Positions 62,038 to 64,000 of a DNA stretch of 64,000 nt are shown piece after piece (position 1 is the stretch's first letter; each line of letters opens with the position of its first letter). Both the position numbers and the translations under genes were made by a program. The notes beneath the pieces are model-generated. The model was given only the letters and a program-made list of their open reading frames with translations, had not been told where the DNA came from and ran no database searches. Origin of the DNA: Mobula birostris (lineage: Eukaryota); contig NC_092384.1 of assembly GCF_030028105.1 (NCBI RefSeq), positions 12,550,316 through 12,614,315 on the forward strand. Reading direction: 5' to 3'.

Positions 62038-64000
62038 GTCTCTGGATCCCATGCCTTCTGACTTTCTGAATAAGCCTACCGTGTGGAACCTTGTCAAATG
62101 CCTTACTAAAATCCATATAGATCACATCCACTGCAGAAACCTCATCTATATGCCTGGTCACCTCCTCAAAGAACTCTATCAGGCTTGTTAGACACGTTCT
62201 GCACTTCACAAAGCCATGCTGACTGTCCCTGATCAGACCATGATTCTCTAAATGCCCAGAGATCCTATCTCTAAGAATCTTCTTCATCAGCTTTCCCACC
62301 ACAGACGTAAGGCTCAGTGGTTGATAACTACCCGGGCTATCCCTACTACCTTTTTTGAACAAGGGAACAACATTCGCCTCCCTCCAGTCCTCCGGTATCA
62401 TTCCCATAGACAAGGAGGACATAAAGATCCGAGCCAGATTCTCAGCAATCTCTTCCCTCGCCTCGTGGAGCAGTCTGGGGAATATTCCTTCAGGCCCCGG
62501 TGACTTATCCGTCCTAATGTATTTTAATAACGCCAACACCTCCTCTCCCTTAATATCAACATGCTCCAGAACATCAACCTCACTCATATTGTCCTCACCA
62601 TCATCAAGTTCCCTCTCATTGGTGAACACCGAAGAGAAGTATTCATTGAGGACCTCACTCACGTCCAGAGCCTCCAGGCACATCTTCCCACCTCTATCTC
62701 TAATCGGTCCTACATTCACTCATGTCATCCTTTTGTTCTTCACATAATTGAAGAATGCCTTGGGATTTTCCTTTACCCTACTCGCCAAGGCCTTCTCATG
62801 CCCCCTTCTTGCTCTTCTCAGGCCCTTCGTAAGCTCCTTTCTTACTACCCTATATTCCTCTATAGACCCATCTGATCCTTGCTTCCTAAACCTCATGTGT
62901 GCTGCCTTCTTCCACCTGACTAGATTTTCCACCTCACTTGTTACCCATGGTTCCTTCACCCTACCATTCTTTTTCTTCCTCACCAGGACAATTTTATCCC
63001 TAACATCCTGATAGAGATCTCTAAACATCGATCACATGTCCATAGTACATTTCCCTGCAAAAACATCATCCCAATTCACACCCACAATTTCTAGCCTTAT
63101 AGCCTCATAATTTGCCCTTCCGCAATTAAAAAAAAATCCTGTCCTCTCTGATTCTATCCTTTTCCATGATAATGCTGAAGGCCAGGGACTGTTCCCCAGA
63201 TGCTCACCCACTGAGAGATCTGTGACCGGGCCCGGTTCGTTACCTACTACTAGATCTAGTATGGCATTCCCCCAGTCGGCCTGTCAACATACTGTGACAG
63301 GAATCCGTCCTGGACACACTTATCAAACTCTGCCCCGTCCAAACCCTTGGAACGCATCAGGTGCAAATCAATATTAGGGAAGTTAAAGTCACCCATGATA
63401 ACAACCATGTTATTTTTGCACTTTTCCAAAATCTGCCTCCCAATCTGCTCCTCGGTATCTCTGCTGCTACCAGGGGGCCTATAGAATACTCCCAATAGAG
63501 TAACTGCTCCCTTCCTGTTCCTGACTTCCACCCATACTGACTCAAAAGAGGATCATGCTACATTACCCACCCTTTCTGTAGCTGTAATAATATCCCTGAT
63601 CAGTAATGCCACCCCTCCTCCCCTCCCCCCCCATCCCTTCTAAAGCACAGAAATCCAGGAATATTGAGAATCCATTCCTGCTCTGGTGGCAGCCAAGTCT
63701 CTGTAATGGCCACAACATCACAATACCATTTATGTATCCAAGCTCTCAGTTCAACACCTTTGTTCCTGATGCTTCTTACATTGAAGTGCACGCACTTTAG
63801 CCCTTTGATCTTTCTACCTTTACATGCTTTATTCTGTTTCTCTTTCCTCAAAGCCTCTCTATATGTTAGATCTGGCTTTACTCCATGCATTTCTTTCACC
63901 ACCCTATCGCTCCGGATCCCATCCCCTTGCAAATTACTTTAAACCCTCCCGAACCATGCTCGCAAACCTACCTGCAAGGATATTGCTCCCCCTCCAGTTC
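62038..64000 (-). mobile_element. CR1 LINE: ORF1 esterase C-terminus, APE and RT N-half, running off the window
   Basis: APE motifs HFNVRS, AITETWL and GDFNFP. RT ORF 61976..62719 carries [12 protein letters not shown]. The ORF1 end NWRGSNILAGRF lies at 63940-64000. Confidence 0.93.

Noticed and set aside
261-63942. Many 60-130 aa ORFs such as MPPKWITSHLSTLN, MNLLCTPSMARM and MPKALFTTLST
   Set aside because: They are antisense or shifted-frame shadows of CR1, Rex and Penelope fragments, not host genes.

Overview
Repeat-dense vertebrate genomic DNA, most likely from an elasmobranch (ray or shark). That assignment is inferred from the repeat content: CR1 LINEs, V-type and CORE-type SINEs and Penelope-derived repeats. 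Two host genes can be built by hand from splice signals. (1) The last three coding exons of a rho-class glutathione S-transferase lie on + at 2662-7838. (2) An immunoglobulin-superfamily receptor gene lies on + at 51975-58641, with the architecture leader / germline-joined VJ domain / C1 domain / Arg-containing TM / short Tyr-motif tail. Its C1 exon carries one in-frame TAG. This non-rearranging antigen-receptor-like gene is the most interesting item in the window. The rest is mostly mobile DNA: about 15 CR1 fragments, Rex/L2-type fragments, Penelope-like fragments with decayed hammerhead-ribozyme cores, and a TSD-flanked non-autonomous Gmr1-like Gypsy element (43481-48301) with a SCAN-like gag. 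There are also four solo or relic LTRs, a deleted sushi-type Gypsy, a non-autonomous hAT-like element with a 7-bp TSD, and an old ~2.8-kb tandem duplication (about 26140-33870). Most ORFs in the supplied track are TE fragments or their antisense shadows. Exon, LTR and TSD coordinates were counted to the base. Boundaries of decayed repeats are approximate (tens of bp), and identities are by-eye estimates.
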